A stretch of DNA of 63,886 nucleotides, counting the filler, from Chiloscyllium plagiosum (lineage: Eukaryota): NCBI RefSeq assembly GCF_004010195.1. It is 4 parts of one record of this genome, joined end to end, with 100 filler letters (N's around TTAATTAATTAA, not from the genome) between each part and the next. Parts side by side here need not be neighbours in the genome. Positions count along the whole stretch, not along the records: positions 36,277 to 61,611 come from NC_057715.1; positions 61,712 to 63,886 come from NC_057715.1; 2 more parts are not named here. One strand, 5' to 3'. This document shows, piece by piece, positions 48,998 to 62,688 of this stretch; positions within the stretch are counted from its first letter, which is position 1; every line of letters begins with the position of its first letter. The notes under the pieces were generated by a model that saw nothing but the letters and a program-made list of their open reading frames with translations, made no database searches and was not told where the DNA came from. The position numbers and the translations under genes were made by a program.

Positions 48998-51408
48998 CTT
49001 AAAAAAAAAGTGAAAACAAGCAAGATCCATATCAATCACAGAATGAAAAGCAGAAAGATAGTAGAATGTTCATTCTTGATCTTTTAAATGCAGCGTGCAA
49101 CCTGAAACCACATTTGGTAACTTATTGTTAACAGGTTTCCAATCACATGGATGGGTAGTATCTATTATGTCTAGGAAAACGCCTGGTAAATTCTATGTGA
49201 TGAGACATGTTACATTCATGGACAACACTAGATAACATTTTTCAATCAAACCTGGGCCAGTCAACTAGCTCAGTCATGGGCAATACTGTACTGTCAAAAA
49301 TAAGAGTTTGTGGTCTGAAGCATGGATAGAAATGGAGCTAGCTAACAGGGAAGTGGACATGAATGATTCATTAGTTGGCTGACAAGATGCAATAGTGTGT
49401 CAAAGGAATCAGTGCTGGGGTCTCACCTATTGACAATTTATGTAAATTACTTTTTATGTAAATGGAGCAGCCACCCAAAGTAAGTGCCAGGGACCCAGAT
49501 ACAATTCAAGTGGAGGGAAACTGGTGTGTGAAGTTTGTAAGTTCTGTCTCTGTTGGAGTTTCCAATGGGTGCTCCAGTTGATCCCCACACTCCAAAGATG
49601 TGCAGGCTAGGTGGACTGACCACACTGACTTGCTCCAGAGTGTCCAGGGATGTGCAGGCTAAATGCATTATCCATGTTAAATGCAGGAAGATAGGGAAAA
49701 GGGTTTAAGTCTGGAAGGCATGTTCTTTGGAGGGTCAGTGCAGAGCGATGGGCCAAACTCTCTCTATCTGCACTGTTGGGATTCTGCAACTTGGATGAAG
49801 GACAAAAAAAAAAGGAAAATACTGCAGGTTGAATATACAAAGTGCTGGAGAAACTCAGGCTTGGCAACTTATGTGGAAGGGACCGAAACCACAGTTACAG
49901 AATTTTCTGGCACAAAATCACCTAGAAAGTTGCAAGGAAGATATAAAAAGTATCAATAAAAGAGATGCAGAAGATTGACTGAGCGCACAAAGATCTGGAA
50001 AATGTGAAACTGTTCATATGTTTAATTGGTGAGCAATACATATATGGACCTGGGCATTATGTGCAGGAATTGCAAAGCATTTAGTAAAGCTAACAGAATT
50101 GAAAGATTTGAATGCAAAAACGTGGAGTACTGTGTACCGTATTGGTCACCTTATTTAAGGAAGAATGTAAAATGCAGGTTTGCTGGATTTGTACCCTAAA
50201 ATTAGCATTAGGTCTAATAAGGAAAGGGTGGAGAGGGTAGGCTTAAATTTGCTGGCTTCGGAATGGTCAGAGCAACTTGATTAAAGCTTGATCCTGAGGG
50301 GTCTTGATAGGGTACATGTGGAAAGGATATTTCCTCTTGGAATCTCTCGAGCTATGGGTCACTGTCTAATAAGGATTAGCCATTTAAGACAGAGATAAAG
50401 AGAATCTGAGGGTTACAAATCTTTAGAAGACTTCACAATAGGTGGAGAGAGTGAAGTTTTTGAATATTTTAAAAGATGGAAATAAATAGATCCTGATAAC
50501 CAAGTGAATGAAATATTTTCAGGGATGGACAAAAATGCCAAATCAGGCCAGCCAAGATCTTAGCATGTTGTAGGTGGTGTTTGGACACCAAATACCTTTC
50601 TCCTGTTCCTAAAATCACATGTATATGCAAACATTTATCACATTTCAGTGTCACATCAAGACAGACCATACAAGTGACTTCGAGTGAAAGCTAACCTAGT
50701 GAGAAAACAATTTAAATTACTATCCAATGAGTTGGTCAAATACAAAAATGATCAAGAAATAGTATCATAAATAGGGCTACAATTTTGTGAAACTCATTTG
50801 AGTAGTCTTCTGCAAAAAGAAATCTGGGTAATTCAATCCTGAAATGTAATGTTGGCGTAGCAAATAATTATTTTGGACCACTGAGAAAAATAGATAAATA
50901 TAGAAATTCAGGGCAGTGAACAGTTTTGATTTTTAAAATATGCTAGCGTCCTTGAAGTGGTTGAAAATATGTTAGCCAATTCTCATCTATATCAGTGGTC
51001 TGCAGGCCATAACATGACGACTGACCAGGATCCTTTCTGCATCACTAATGATGCTGCACAACAAGACAGGCCTCCACATGCACAGCATGCAATGTCAGAA
51101 ATGCAAATAACAGAGTCCGAATTTATAAACAGGACTTGTTACTGCTGCAAATAATTGCAAACTGGATTTTTAATACTGTTGGGCAGAAACAGTGGAAGAA
51201 ATAGTTGAATATGGAGCTAAATACAAGAACAAGCCTATATGACTTCTTACGTGTCTCACTAAAAATAATATGCCTACATGAGTTTGTATTAAGGATTGTG
51301 GTAGTGACAAGCAGTGTAAATAGATAAGACATGTAGGTGTTCTGAGTATTTTCCCCCACCACTGAGTACAAATAGGAACTGACCTACTTAGAGAATATTT
51401 ATCCTTAC

Positions 51409-51553
51409 CGATGCCTGGTGTTGACGGACTTGACCAATTTGATCTCTTTTTGCTTCTATTCTTTTCATCAGTGATTCTAATTCTTGTTCCAAGTCCTCTC
51501 TCACTGTATTTGAATTTGCTTCACGAATTTGATTCACCAGTTCTTGGTGCTCA
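51409..51553 (-). CDS. CEP57: CEP57-family exon (microtubule-binding coiled coil)
   Basis: TAG acceptor, (F)EHQELVNQIREANSNTVREDLEQELESLMKRIEAKRDQIGQVRQHQAS, GTAAGG donor; phase matches both neighbours. Confidence 0.9.
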
Positions 51554-52109
51554 CTAGATTTAAAAAAAAACATAGCGTACATTATCTGCACTGAAATTGG
51601 AAGGTTAGCTTTTAATACCCAAGGACTTAGTGCAGTTGATTAGGTACCGAGCATTTCAAAAGAGCATTTCGGAAAGGGGAAAAGAGTCAGAGTATAGAAA
51701 GAATTGGAAATAAAGTGATGTACCCCCACACAGTTCCTTCCCTACATTAGATGCCTGCATCCCTCGGTGGCAAGCAGAAAGAAAAAAGAGAAATAGAAAA
51801 TAATGAATGTAACTGGCACCAATAAATGGAAAGGGTGCACTCAACTTGCACTTCCAACTTATTCTTTACTAGATCAACCGGAAGAATAGTATACAGCTTC
51901 CTCATAACCAGTCCCTCAGCAGTCAACTTGTCCCAGCTGACAACAAAAACACTCCACTTTCAGATAGGACCCTGACTAGAAGCAAATTTATATCTCCGTA
52001 ATAGAGCGCCCATATTTCACAAGCAGCTACATAAAGCCAAAAGAAAGTGTATTCACAAATTGTCAATTCCACAAGGCACCAATTACATGCAGAGAAACAG
52101 TATACTTAC

Positions 52110-52354
52110 AAGCTCATTTGTCCAAACTCATCTTGTAGCGTCAACAGTAATTCAGACAGCACCTCACGTGACCTGGAGGAAGTGGTAGATCCAGAAGAAC
52201 TGCCAGCCATTATATTGGAATCTCGTGAGATTTTGTTCCTGGCCATTGACTGGTCACTGACAACATGATCGTTGCACAAAATCTTGTTGTGTTGCTTCAA
52301 CAAATGCAAGACATGCTGAACATTTGCACGGACTGAATGGCTTGGACTTACAGA
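52110..52354 (-). CDS. CEP57: CEP57-family exon
   Basis: CAG acceptor, SVSPSHSVRANVQHVLHLLKQHNKILCND...LSELLLTLQDEFGQMS(F), GTAAGT donor. Confidence 0.92.
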
Positions 52355-53685
52355 CTGAATAAGAAAAGGTATTAGGAAATTGAACATAGCAACAAATTGT
52401 TAAATTGAAAATAATTGTTTCTTATTACACATCCTTGATGAAAGCTTTTTCATATGATAACTAGTTGTATATTGATCATTCTTGCTTCTCATCTATTGTT
52501 AAATCCACAATTTAATAAATCTTTCCAGTATGAGGAATATAAGGATTATCTACGCCATATCCCCTCTTTCAAAAATTCAACAGTTGATCTTGTGCAGAAT
52601 TCTAAACAAGCTTAAAACAAACTGTGACCAAATCATAAATGTCCTCATTTATGCTGGGCAAACTTGAACTGAAACAAATAGAAGATTGCAACAAAATGGT
52701 TATGCCCTTTTAAAAAATTTTCTCGGGATGACAGCATAGTTGGCAAAAGTTAATTTTTTTTGTCCATCCCTAATTGCCCTTGAGAAGATGGTGGCACGTT
52801 ACCTTTAGTAACTTCAGACCATCTAGTATAGGTGCATACCATTAGAAAAGCCAATTCCAGGCTTTCAATCAGCAAAGTATGGTGCTCTAGTTCCAAGCCA
52901 GGATGGCATGACTTAAATGGGGTACTTGGAGGTGGTATTACCTTGCATCTGCTGCCCTTGTTCTTTTCGATGATAATTGAGAATGAGAGACCTGAAGGAA
53001 CTTTAGTAAGTTGCAGTGCAACTTATAGAGAGTATAGTGTGGTTATGGTAGATTGAAAGCAGAGAGCATTGATAGTAGGAAATCAGCTTCCAACACTTAA
53101 GAATTTATAACATGGACATGAAACTCAAACATAAAAGTGCAAGATCCTTTATTTGTTGTTACAAATCATTTAGCACAATAATATTGTGGGACTGGAGCTG
53201 GAAAGGCCAGGGAGGAGAATAGGGATAGCAGGCTTTATCCTTCAATGACTCCTGAATAATAGTGATTTATGGTATTCAAATTCAACAGCTGTGTTTTGGA
53301 TAAGTATAACAAAATTACCATAACCACACAACATGAACACACTCCACATATTGTTCGTAAATGGTCCATTATCCTTTTTGGAGTGATGCCAGTCAAACAT
53401 GACTCCAGATGGATGAAAGATGACATGACTGACAACTGGAAATAAAGATCGAATAAAATCAAGTTTCATCTATAAAATGGTTTACATTCAAGTTCTCTTG
53501 AAAGCTATTAAAATTCACTGTACCTCCTTAGCCAGACATCATTCTTGCATATCTCAGGCCACATTCGAAAGCATGTGTTAGAGGACTTGAACAAACAAAG
53601 GCAATAGAAAATGTGCCAGCAAGGCAAGAATAAGCATCATCGCAATATCAGAACAAAATGCAAAACTGATGCAAAAGATACTCAC

Positions 53686-53763
53686 TTTTCCTGCAACAAA
53701 TGGTATATCACCGAGGTTGAAGCGATAATGAGGCTGTACATGCGAATGGTTTGTACAAGGTTT
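53686..53763 (-). CDS. CEP57: CEP57-family exon
   Basis: Polypyrimidine-CAG acceptor, KPCTNHSHVQPHYRFNLGDIPFVAGK, GTGAGT donor; 78 nt, not in the ORF track. Confidence 0.92.
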
Positions 53764-56267
53764 CTGGAAAAGAAAAAAAGTGCTAAGGAGAGCATGTCAG
53801 AGATTCATATATTTACATACAGCTCAGCAATTTTCTCTTCACAACCATCCAGTAAAACAGTGCTCAAAGTACCAAAATTTGGCTAATGTCAGCTGGAAGT
53901 TTCTGGGCAGTATATGCCAGAGTCAGACAGTTATATCTTCAAGCCACTCTCCAGTACCTGAATACCACAATCCAGGTTGATTCTTTTACCTGCATCCTCC
54001 ATTGCTATTTCATGGAATATGAGCATCACTGGCAAGGACTAACGCATAAAAATATACGAGAATTAATTGTAAGTCAATCAAATGAGGTGGATCTGGAGTC
54101 ACATGCATGCTAGATTGGGCAATGTGGCAAATTTCCTTCCCCGCCCCCCAGGAAGATATTAGTTAACCAGATGCACTCTTTTGACAAATCCTTAATAACT
54201 CGTTATCACCAAGACAAACTCCAGATTTAATAATCAAATTTATATACCACCACAGCTACTGGACACCATGAACTCTCAGCAATAGCCAGCACCAATGAAT
54301 TACTAGTCTAGTGGCATTACAACAACTTTATTAAAGCACATTACTGAAGGAGAATTTCCTCCTTCAGAAAAGCGGTGTTAAAGAGAACCAGCTTACAGTT
54401 AAGGAGATGCAAAAAAATCGGTGTTGTTTAACAATAGAATTTGCCTCAGTCCCCAATCAAACATTACTCCCTTAAGTCAGTATCATAAGTGCAACTGGGA
54501 GGTTTAGATGCAACATGGTTTGATGAAGTAACAGAAGATGATTAAATGAATCTGGTGGAAGCTTTTGAAAGAATGACAAAACAGATGCCTGCCAAGAAAA
54601 GGGTTGTGCTTGCATTAGCATAAAAAGGTACCCACGAGATCAGAGCACAGAAGTGGTGAGCAATTACCTTTCCAAAGTGAAAGATGATGGGTAGTGGTAT
54701 CCCCCAGGTGATGGTGTTAGGATGACTGCTCATAATAATAAAGATTTGATTCGGTTTGAATATGGAGGTTACAATGCATTCTCACACAGCCAAAATCACT
54801 AAGAGAGTATGGCTTGAATGGGAAACCATGGCAGATGAAATTAAATGCAAAGAATTGCATATGCAAATAGCAAGAGGCAATAGACACAATGGTAGAAAGG
54901 TGGTGTGCAGACATGCCATAGAAGGTGGTCATAAAAATTGAGAACACTGGTTTAAAAAAGTGTTTATATAGCTGTTTCTAGTCAACAGCTATCTTCCAGG
55001 AGGTTGAAGGCAGGGAATTCTGCTATAGTAGTGCCATTGCTCAGGAAATGACTACCGTCAGAAAATCACTTCCATTACTTTAGTGATCAAGATCAGACCA
55101 ATAAGGCAGTGATTGACCAGTTCTGCATTTTGGGTAAAAGTCACAGATGTGCAATTTTTGACATTTTTGGGTATACACCAGGGTTTTAGGTGGAATTAGC
55201 TAGTGATGTAACTAGTTCTGGAGCGCAACTCTTTAGTATGTTTGTCAGGAAGTACCCTGATAGCACCAAGTGACTTCAACTAGTATCTTGATATCACGAG
55301 TCAAACTGTTAAAAGACTGTCATCTGGAGATAACAGGGACATAAGACCACAAGTTATAAATGATGACTGAACACAATTGCGCTGCTACCGCTCATGACTG
55401 TCAATGTTGAAATTGTTGGGTCTATTTGAAATGCAGTACAGTGGCAGTGGCAGTCAAGTTGGGACATTAATGTCCAGAATAATGTCATGCATTACTCACT
55501 TCTGCTGAGTTTCTGCCAGTGTCCTGCAGCAGTGCTACTGAGCCAGTCTTGGCAATGGACTTTGAAGCTCCCCATCCAGAGGAAATTCTATGCACTAGAA
55601 ACACTTTCAATTAATTTTCAACAGGAGAATACTGATTCATCAACTGGGGGAAGTGCAGTTGCTGGTTTGTGAGCAACATGCCCACTTGCCCATGTTTGAC
55701 CTGATGTCCGGAAGCAACTGGGGTCCAGTCAATATTTAGGACTTCTAGGATAACTCCCTCCTGACTATATACCATCCTGCCACTTCGGACATGAGATAGT
55801 AGTGTTTCGTATATTCTCCAAGGACGAGTTGAACATTTTTTCATAAGCTCCCAGATATTAGGAAATAGGACTTGGCAAGATTGAAAGAGCTGGATTTGTC
55901 TTTTTTTTTAAAAAGTGACCAAGTTGATGCGAGTTAATCTGCCTGATTTCAATCCTTTCTTAGATTTGGTTCAATGGAGTAGTTTTCTAGGCCATTGCAA
56001 GTCACAGTTAATAATCAACAACCGCAGATCCAGACTCTGATCTGGTGAGGATAGTTTTTCTTCCCTAAGAGGAAGTACGTTAGTGAACCATCTGGGTTTT
56101 TACATCAGTTGACAATTATTTCCAGGTTAACATTAGCATAGTTTAAGATTATAATTGAGATTTATTAATGGAGTCCAAATTTCATATTGCTGAGAAAATG
56201 CTGCAGATTCTTGGACCTTAGATTCCTAGTCCAGTGATGTTATCACTGCGCCATTGCCTCCATATAT

Positions 56268-56524
56268 TAGATTAGATTATAACAGTGTGGAAACAGGCCC
56301 TACGGCCCAACAAGTTCACACCGACACTCCGAAGAGCAATCCATTCCCCTATATTTACCCCTTTACGTAACACTACAGGCAATTTTGCATGGCCAATTCA
56401 CCTAACCTGCACATCTTTGGACTGTGGGAGGAAACCGGAGCACGCAGACAAAGTGAGAATGTGCAAACTCCACACAGACAGTTGCCAGAGGTGGGAATTG
56501 AACCACTATGCCACCGTGCCGCCC
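56268..56524 (-). mobile_element. V-SINE (intronic)
   Basis: Reverse-complement SINE with ATTAG tail and tRNA-like head. Confidence 0.85.
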
Positions 56525-56839
56525 AATGTTGACATTGTGTTGTTTTTCCAGTTAACCAGTTCTGCTCCAATCCATCTGCATCTTTGGTAGTTGTATCATC
56601 TGATATGAAAATATTTGAATGTGTTTTTCAAACAAGGTGTACTTTCAAGGAAACTTTCATTATTTTTCCAGTCACATGGACCAACCCTAAACCAAAATGA
56701 TATTTTAGAAGATTGCAGAGTGCTTCAAAATCCTTGTAGAAGCAGGTCAGTTTTTGTTAGCTAGAGCAAGTTGGTAAGGAAAAGTCAGGGAACTCTCGAC
56801 CGGCGAACCTTTTAGGGTGGGAAGGTAGTTGGATGGAAT

Positions 56840-58138
56840 TGAGGAACAGGGTTTACATGTATTTGGAAAAGCAGGAATGATGTGCATTGGAAGTCAAATC
56901 TCAAACTTGATTGGGTTTTTTGAAGTAGTAAAAAAAAAAAGGACTTAACAGGACAGAGCAGTGGATGTGATCTGTATGGATCTTAGTCAGGCATTTGACA
57001 AGGTTCTCCATGGGAAACTGGTTAGCAAGGTTGAGGCTCATCGAACACAGGGAGGACTAGCCATTTGGATATAGAACAGACTCAAAAGGTAAAAGACAAA
57101 GGGTGGTAGTGGTGGAGGGTTGCCTTTCAGGCTAGAGGCCTCTGACCAATGGTGTGATACAAGAGTTGGCGCTGGGTCCACTTCTTTTTGTCATTTATAT
57201 AATGATTTGGATGTGAACATAGGAAGTATAGTTAGAGATTTGCAGATGACACCAAAATTGAGGTGGAGTGGACAGCAAAAATAATCTTGATCATATGGGC
57301 CAGTAGGTTGACGAGTGGCAGATGGAGTTTAATTCAGATAAATGTGAGGTGCTGCATTTTGGAAAGGCAAATCAGAGCAGGGCTTATATACTTAACGGTA
57401 AGGTCGTGGGGAGTGTTGTTGAACAAAGAGACCTTGGAGTGCAGGTTGATAGCACCTTGAAAGTGGAGTCACAGTTAGATAGGATAGGGAAAGGCAGCGT
57501 TTGGTATGCTTTCCTTTATTGGGCAGAGCATTGAGTATAGGAGCTGGGAGGTCATGTTGAGGCTGCTCAGGACATTAGTTAGGCCACTTTTGGAATAGTG
57601 TGCACAATCCTGGCCTCTCTTCTATCTCGAAACTTGAAAGGGTTCAGAAAAGATTTAAGGATGTTGCTGGGGTTGGAGGATTTGAGCTATAGGGAGAGGC
57701 TGATTAGCCTCTCTGTAGTGCTGGAGGCTGTTTTTCTGTAGTGCTGGAGGCTGAGGGATTACCTTTCAGAAGTTTACAAAATCATGAGGGGTATGGATAG
57801 GGTAAATAGACAAGGTCTTTTCCCTGGGGTGGGGGAAATGAGTCTAGAACGAGAGGGCATAGGTTTAGAATGAGGGGGAGAAAAAAAACTTAAGGGACCT
57901 AAATGGCAACCTTTTCAAGCAGAAGGTAATTAGTATAATGGAATGAGCTGCCAGAAGTAGTGCAGGAGGCTGGCACAATTATAACATTTAAAAAGCATCT
58001 AATACGTACATGAATAGGAAGAATTAACAGACATGGGCCTAGTGCTGGTAAATGGGACTAGATTGGTTAGGATATTTGGTGGGCATGGACAAGTTGGAAC
58101 AAAGGGGCTGTTTCCATGCTGTACATCTTTATGGCTAA
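56840..58138 (+). mobile_element. Decayed CR1 3' half (intronic)
   Basis: MEFNSDKCEVLHFGKANQ...EQRDLGVQV; ends about 14 nt from a CEP57-family splice donor. Confidence 0.85.
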
Positions 58139-58151
58139 GTATCAACTCTAC

Positions 58152-58253
58152 CTTGACTTGCTGCTTCCTCTTGCTTCTTACTCTCTTCATCTTTGGTACC
58201 ATTGGTGACACTGCTTGTAACAAAATTCTGTTTCTTTCCAGGCCAGTCTGCAA
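58152..58253 (-). CDS. CEP57: CEP57-family exon
   Basis: TAG acceptor, LQTGLERNRILLQAVSPMVPKMKRVRSKRKQQVK, GTAGAG donor; 102 nt, phase 0/0. Confidence 0.88.
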
Positions 58254-58409
58254 CTATAATAAAAAGTCCTCAAACATAACAATAAAATTCCAGTCTTTCA
58301 AAACATATACTTCAAATGTTATTAAAGACTGTGGAATACTGAACCACGTTCAAATAAATGATACAAACATATGAAAAGCTTGGACTCCCAAAACCCTTTG
58401 TGCTTCAGA

Positions 58410-60740
58410 TTTCTGAAGCCTTTCTCAGTTTAGAAAATAGTCTCCGCCTCTATTCTTCTGAACAAAGTGCATAACCTTACACTTTTTCCACATTGCATTC
58501 CACTGTCACTTTTTTGCCCACTCTCCTGGCCTGTCCAAGACCCCTGTTCCTTCACCTTTCCTCTTCAACTGAAAGCTCAGCAAGAATACACAGCTCCTTT
58601 GTCCAGATTATTAAATTTATAACATGAATAGTTGTGGTCCCAATGCGGATTCCTGCAGAACTCCACTAGTCACCAGACCCCTTCATCCCTACTCTCTACT
58701 AGTCAGCCAATCTTTTACCTATGCCAGTACTTTGCCCTTACATTACTGATTCATTTTGTTTAGCAGCCATCTGTGCATCACCTTGTCAAAAGGTCTTCCA
58801 AAAACAAATAGAATCACAGAATCCTTGCAGTGTGGAAACACACTCTTCAGCCAAATCTACACCAACCCTCCGAAGAATATCCCACCCAGACCCATTCCCC
58901 TACTGTATTACTCTACATTTACCCCTGACTCATGCACCTAACCTGAACATTATGGGCAACTCATTCTGGCCAATTCACCTAACCTGCATATCTTTGGACT
59001 TTGGGCAGAAACCACACAGCACCTGGAGGAAACCCACTCAGACATGGGGAGAATGTCTGCATGGAGTTTGCACAGTTGCCAGAGGCTGGAATCAAACCCA
59101 GGTCTCTGGTGCTGTGCAGCAGTAGTGCTAACAACTGAGCCACCATGCCAATCACATTCAGTGGTTCTACTTTATCTTGCTCATTGCCTTCTCAAAGAAT
59201 TCTAACATTTGTCATGTACAACATTCCCTTGACTAAACTATGCTGACTCATTCTTATTTTATCATGCACTTCCAAGTACTCCAAAATCTCAATCTTAATA
59301 ATGGACCCTAAAGTCTTAATGACCAAGGACAGGCTGACTGACCCATTTGTTTAATGAGGAGGGAGGCAGACAGAAAGAGGAAACAGAGGTGTTACATTAG
59401 CTATTTTTCAGTCCTCCAGGACCCTCCCCAAATTGGTCTTGTTTCCTGGAAGACCACCAATGCCTCCACTTCTCCTCAGCTATTTCCTTCAGAACCCTGG
59501 GTTTGGTCCATATGGTCCAGGTCATTTATCCGTCATCAGAACTTGCAGCTTCACCACCACTTCTCCCAAGTGCTGACCATGACACACTCCTCTGAATTGA
59601 CCATCGAAGCTCTAAAATGCTGCTGGGATCTTCCACTTTTTTTTTCTGTGCCCTATTACTTCTCCAGTGGTCCATTGTCCGTGCTTGCCTCTCTTGCAAT
59701 CTTTTAATTGCAAATTTATAGCTAGTTTATCCTTATGTTTCATCTCCCCCACCCCATTGTATTTTAGCTGTCCTCTGCTGGTTTTCAAAAGCTTCCTACT
59801 AATCTTCACCACATTCTATGCCTTTTGCTTTGATGCTATCCCCTGATTTCCATCAGCCATGGCTGCCTCATCCTACCTTAGTATGTTTCTTTTTTCTTGG
59901 AATGAATTTCTGCAATGCCTCCCAAATTACCCTCAAACTTTTATCATTGATGCTCCACTGTCTACTCTCCTAGATTCCCCTTCCAATCAACTGTAGCCAG
60001 CTTCTTCCTCATGTCTTTGTTGCTACTTTTAATCAATTGTAATTCCATTACCTTGTATTCTAGGTTCTCCTTCTCAAACTGAAGGGTGAATTCTATAATA
60101 TTATGGTCACTGCCTCCAAGGGGTTACAATACCTGAAATTCTCTAATCAAGAGCACCTCATTATATACCACCCAATCCAGAATTGCCTGGTCCCTAGCAG
60201 GCTCTACTACAAGCTATTACAAAAACAAACCCATCTCGCAGATGTTCTACAAATCCCTTTTCTTGGAATCTGCTAACACCCTGATTTTCCCTACCCATCT
60301 GCAAATTGTATCCCATGATTATTGTAATAGCGACTTTCTTACTTGTATTTTCTATCTCCCGATTACTCCTAGGATTCCTGCACATAATTCCAATCTGGAC
60401 TTGTTCTACTTTGCAGTTTCTCAACTCATAGCAAAAAGATCTGACTCCAGATCATTTCTCATTAACTTAAATTTCATTCCTTACACAAGGCAACCTCTCC
60501 CCACCTGCCTGTTCTTTCAGTAGGATGCATTTCCTTGGAAATTTGGTTCTCAACCTTGATCACCTTGTGGCCACATCTGTGGTACCCACATCATACCCAG
60601 TTTCAACCTGCATTACAAGTTGACTCACCTGCATTTGTATATTGCACATATTTAAATGCAACACCCTCAGTCCTGCGTTGACTGTCCCCCTTTTTGTAGT
60701 TGTCGCCTTATCTGCTGTGGTTTAAGTTAGGTTCCTAAGC
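58410..60740 (-). mobile_element. Old CR1 remnant with V-SINE at ~58808-59150
   Basis: Degenerate endonuclease/RT similarity (e.g. ORF 60194-60424); SINE body on the minus strand. Confidence 0.7.
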
Positions 60741-60807
60741 CTTGCTATACTGTCCAATTTTAAATTCCCAAATGCTTTAAGAACAGTATTAGATTCCTTA
60801 TACAAAC

Positions 60808-60885
60808 CTGTGCAGCTTTATTCTGTATCAGTTTTCGTTGATGTTCTTCTTCTCGTAACTTCTCTTCCAATTCAGAAATTTTCTT
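60808..60885 (-). CDS. CEP57: CEP57-family exon (most 5' one visible)
   Basis: TAG acceptor, KKISELEEKLREEEHQRKLIQNKAAQ, GTTTGT donor; 78 nt. The six exons total 882 nt, an open 293-aa frame plus stop. Confidence 0.9.
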
Positions 60886-61382
60886 CTATGCAATAAACAT
60901 AATTGGCTGTTAAAATTATGTCAGGCAGAAGGAAAAGTCTTGTATAATCTACAGAACTACATAGACATTTACTACAGCATCGTTATTGCAAGTGATTTGC
61001 TTTGTTGCAAGGATTCAGACTGTCATGCACCAGTCAAGTTTTGCCAAAAATAAAATAACGTGCAGTTATCAGCTCTATTACAGAATAAAAATTGGGCAGG
61101 AAATGCTGGTGTACACCTGTGCACAGATAAAATCCTGAAACTTGGAAGGTGCTGTCCAAATTCTCTTATTTTTCCAGGGACTCAGTTATAACTGTACCTT
61201 GTCAAGAGATTCTGTACTGAAATGCACAAGCATGAAGTTTCTGTACTCACTTGAAAGAAACAGGGGACTGGTACATCTGTGAGTGATACTCTAACGCGGC
61301 ATGATAAGTTACAATTACTGTCAAACAACCAGAAATTCATGATGTGTTACAAAGTTCTTAAGATCAAAGATTGGGCTATTTT

Positions 61383-61611
61383 AGAACATAGAAGAATACA
61401 GCGCAGTACAGGCCCTTTGGCCCTCGATGTTGCGCCGATCCAAGCCCACCTAACCTATACTAACCCACTATCCTCCATATACCTATCCAATGCCCGCTTA
61501 TATGACCATAAAGAGGGAGAGTCCACCACTGCTACTGGCAGGGCATTCCATGAACTCACGACTCGCTGAGTGAAGAACCTACCCCTAACTTCAGTCCAAT
61601 ATCTACCCCCC
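61383..61611 (-). mobile_element. Young CR1 3' end
   Basis: Near-identical to 16986-17205; ends at the gap. Confidence 0.9.
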
Positions 61612-61711
61612 NNNNNNNNNNNNNNNNNNNNNNNNNNNNNNNNNNNNNNNNNNNNTTAATTAATTAANNNNNNNNNNNNNNNNNNNNNNNNNNNNNNNNN
61701 NNNNNNNNNNN
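61612..61711. other. Assembly gap linker
   Basis: 44 N + TTAATTAATTAA + 44 N. Confidence 0.97.
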
Positions 61712-62295
61712 TTCTTGGGGATGAACCTCTGTACGGTGTCCTCAATTATACCCACAAACTCCTGTCATTTTTGCTCTACTGTCTTTCCTGTTAGACTCTG
61801 ATTCCAGTTGATTTTCATCAGTTCCTCTCTCGTGCCCTCATAATTACCTTTATTTAACTGTAACACCATTATATCCGATTTTGCCTTCTCTCTTTCAGAC
61901 TGCAGACTGAACTCTACCATACTATGATCGCTGCTTCCTAAGTGTTCCCTTACTTTAAGATTTTTTATAAAGTCTGGTTCATTACATAGCACTAGGTCCA
62001 GAATAGCCTGCTCCCTTGTCGGCTCCATGACAAACTGTTCCAAAAAGCCATCCTGTAAGCATTCCATGAATTCCCTTTCTTTGGATCCACTGGCAACATT
62101 ATTTACCCAGTCCACCTGCATATTGAAGTCTCCCATGATCACTGTGACCTTGCCTTTCTGACATGCCTTCTATGTTTCCCGGTACATGTTGCGCCCCTGG
62201 TCCTGACCACTGTTAGGAGGTATGTACATAACTCCCATTATGGTTTTTCTTGCCTTTGTGGTTCCTCAATTCCACCCACACAGACACCACATCAT
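61712..62295 (-). mobile_element. CR1 endonuclease fragment
   Basis: ORF 61765-62142: IMGDFN, PTREQAILDLVLCN, LGSSDHSMVEF. Confidence 0.9.
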
Positions 62296-62367
62296 GCCAG
62301 ACTGCACAGACTGCCAAACACCTTTTAACCATCCTGTCTACATGTGATGCAAACTTTAAAGAATTAT

Positions 62368-62612
62368 GATTTGGAGGTGCTGGTGTTGGTTAAAAATTGC
62401 ACAACACCAGGTTATAGTCCAACAAGTTTATTTGGAAGTGCCAGCCTTTCGGAGTGCTGCTCTTTCATCAGGTGTTTTTCAAGTACTGTATAAGATTGTA
62501 AGAATCAGAAATTCTGTGTCTTATAATCTTATATTCCACTAACACCTGATGAAGGAGCAACGCTCCGAAAGCGAGAGCTTCCAAATAAACTTGTTGGACT
62601 ATAATTTTTAAC
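62368..62612. mobile_element. Short Penelope fold-back, same family as 26673-28306
   Basis: Inverted arms TTATAGTCCAACAAGTTTATTTGGAAG / CTTCCAAATAAACTTGTTGGACTATAA, each with a degenerate hammerhead core. Confidence 0.8.
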
Positions 62613-62688
62613 TTTAAAGTATTAAGTACCAACAACCCTATATTCCTCTGTTTTACAGCATTGCCCAAGACCCTACCATTAAGCCCAA

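Noticed and set aside
61178..61285. Splice-like signals on both strands upstream of the first visible CEP57-family exon
   Set aside because: No reading frame resembling the expected CEP57 exon could be joined to the 60885 acceptor.
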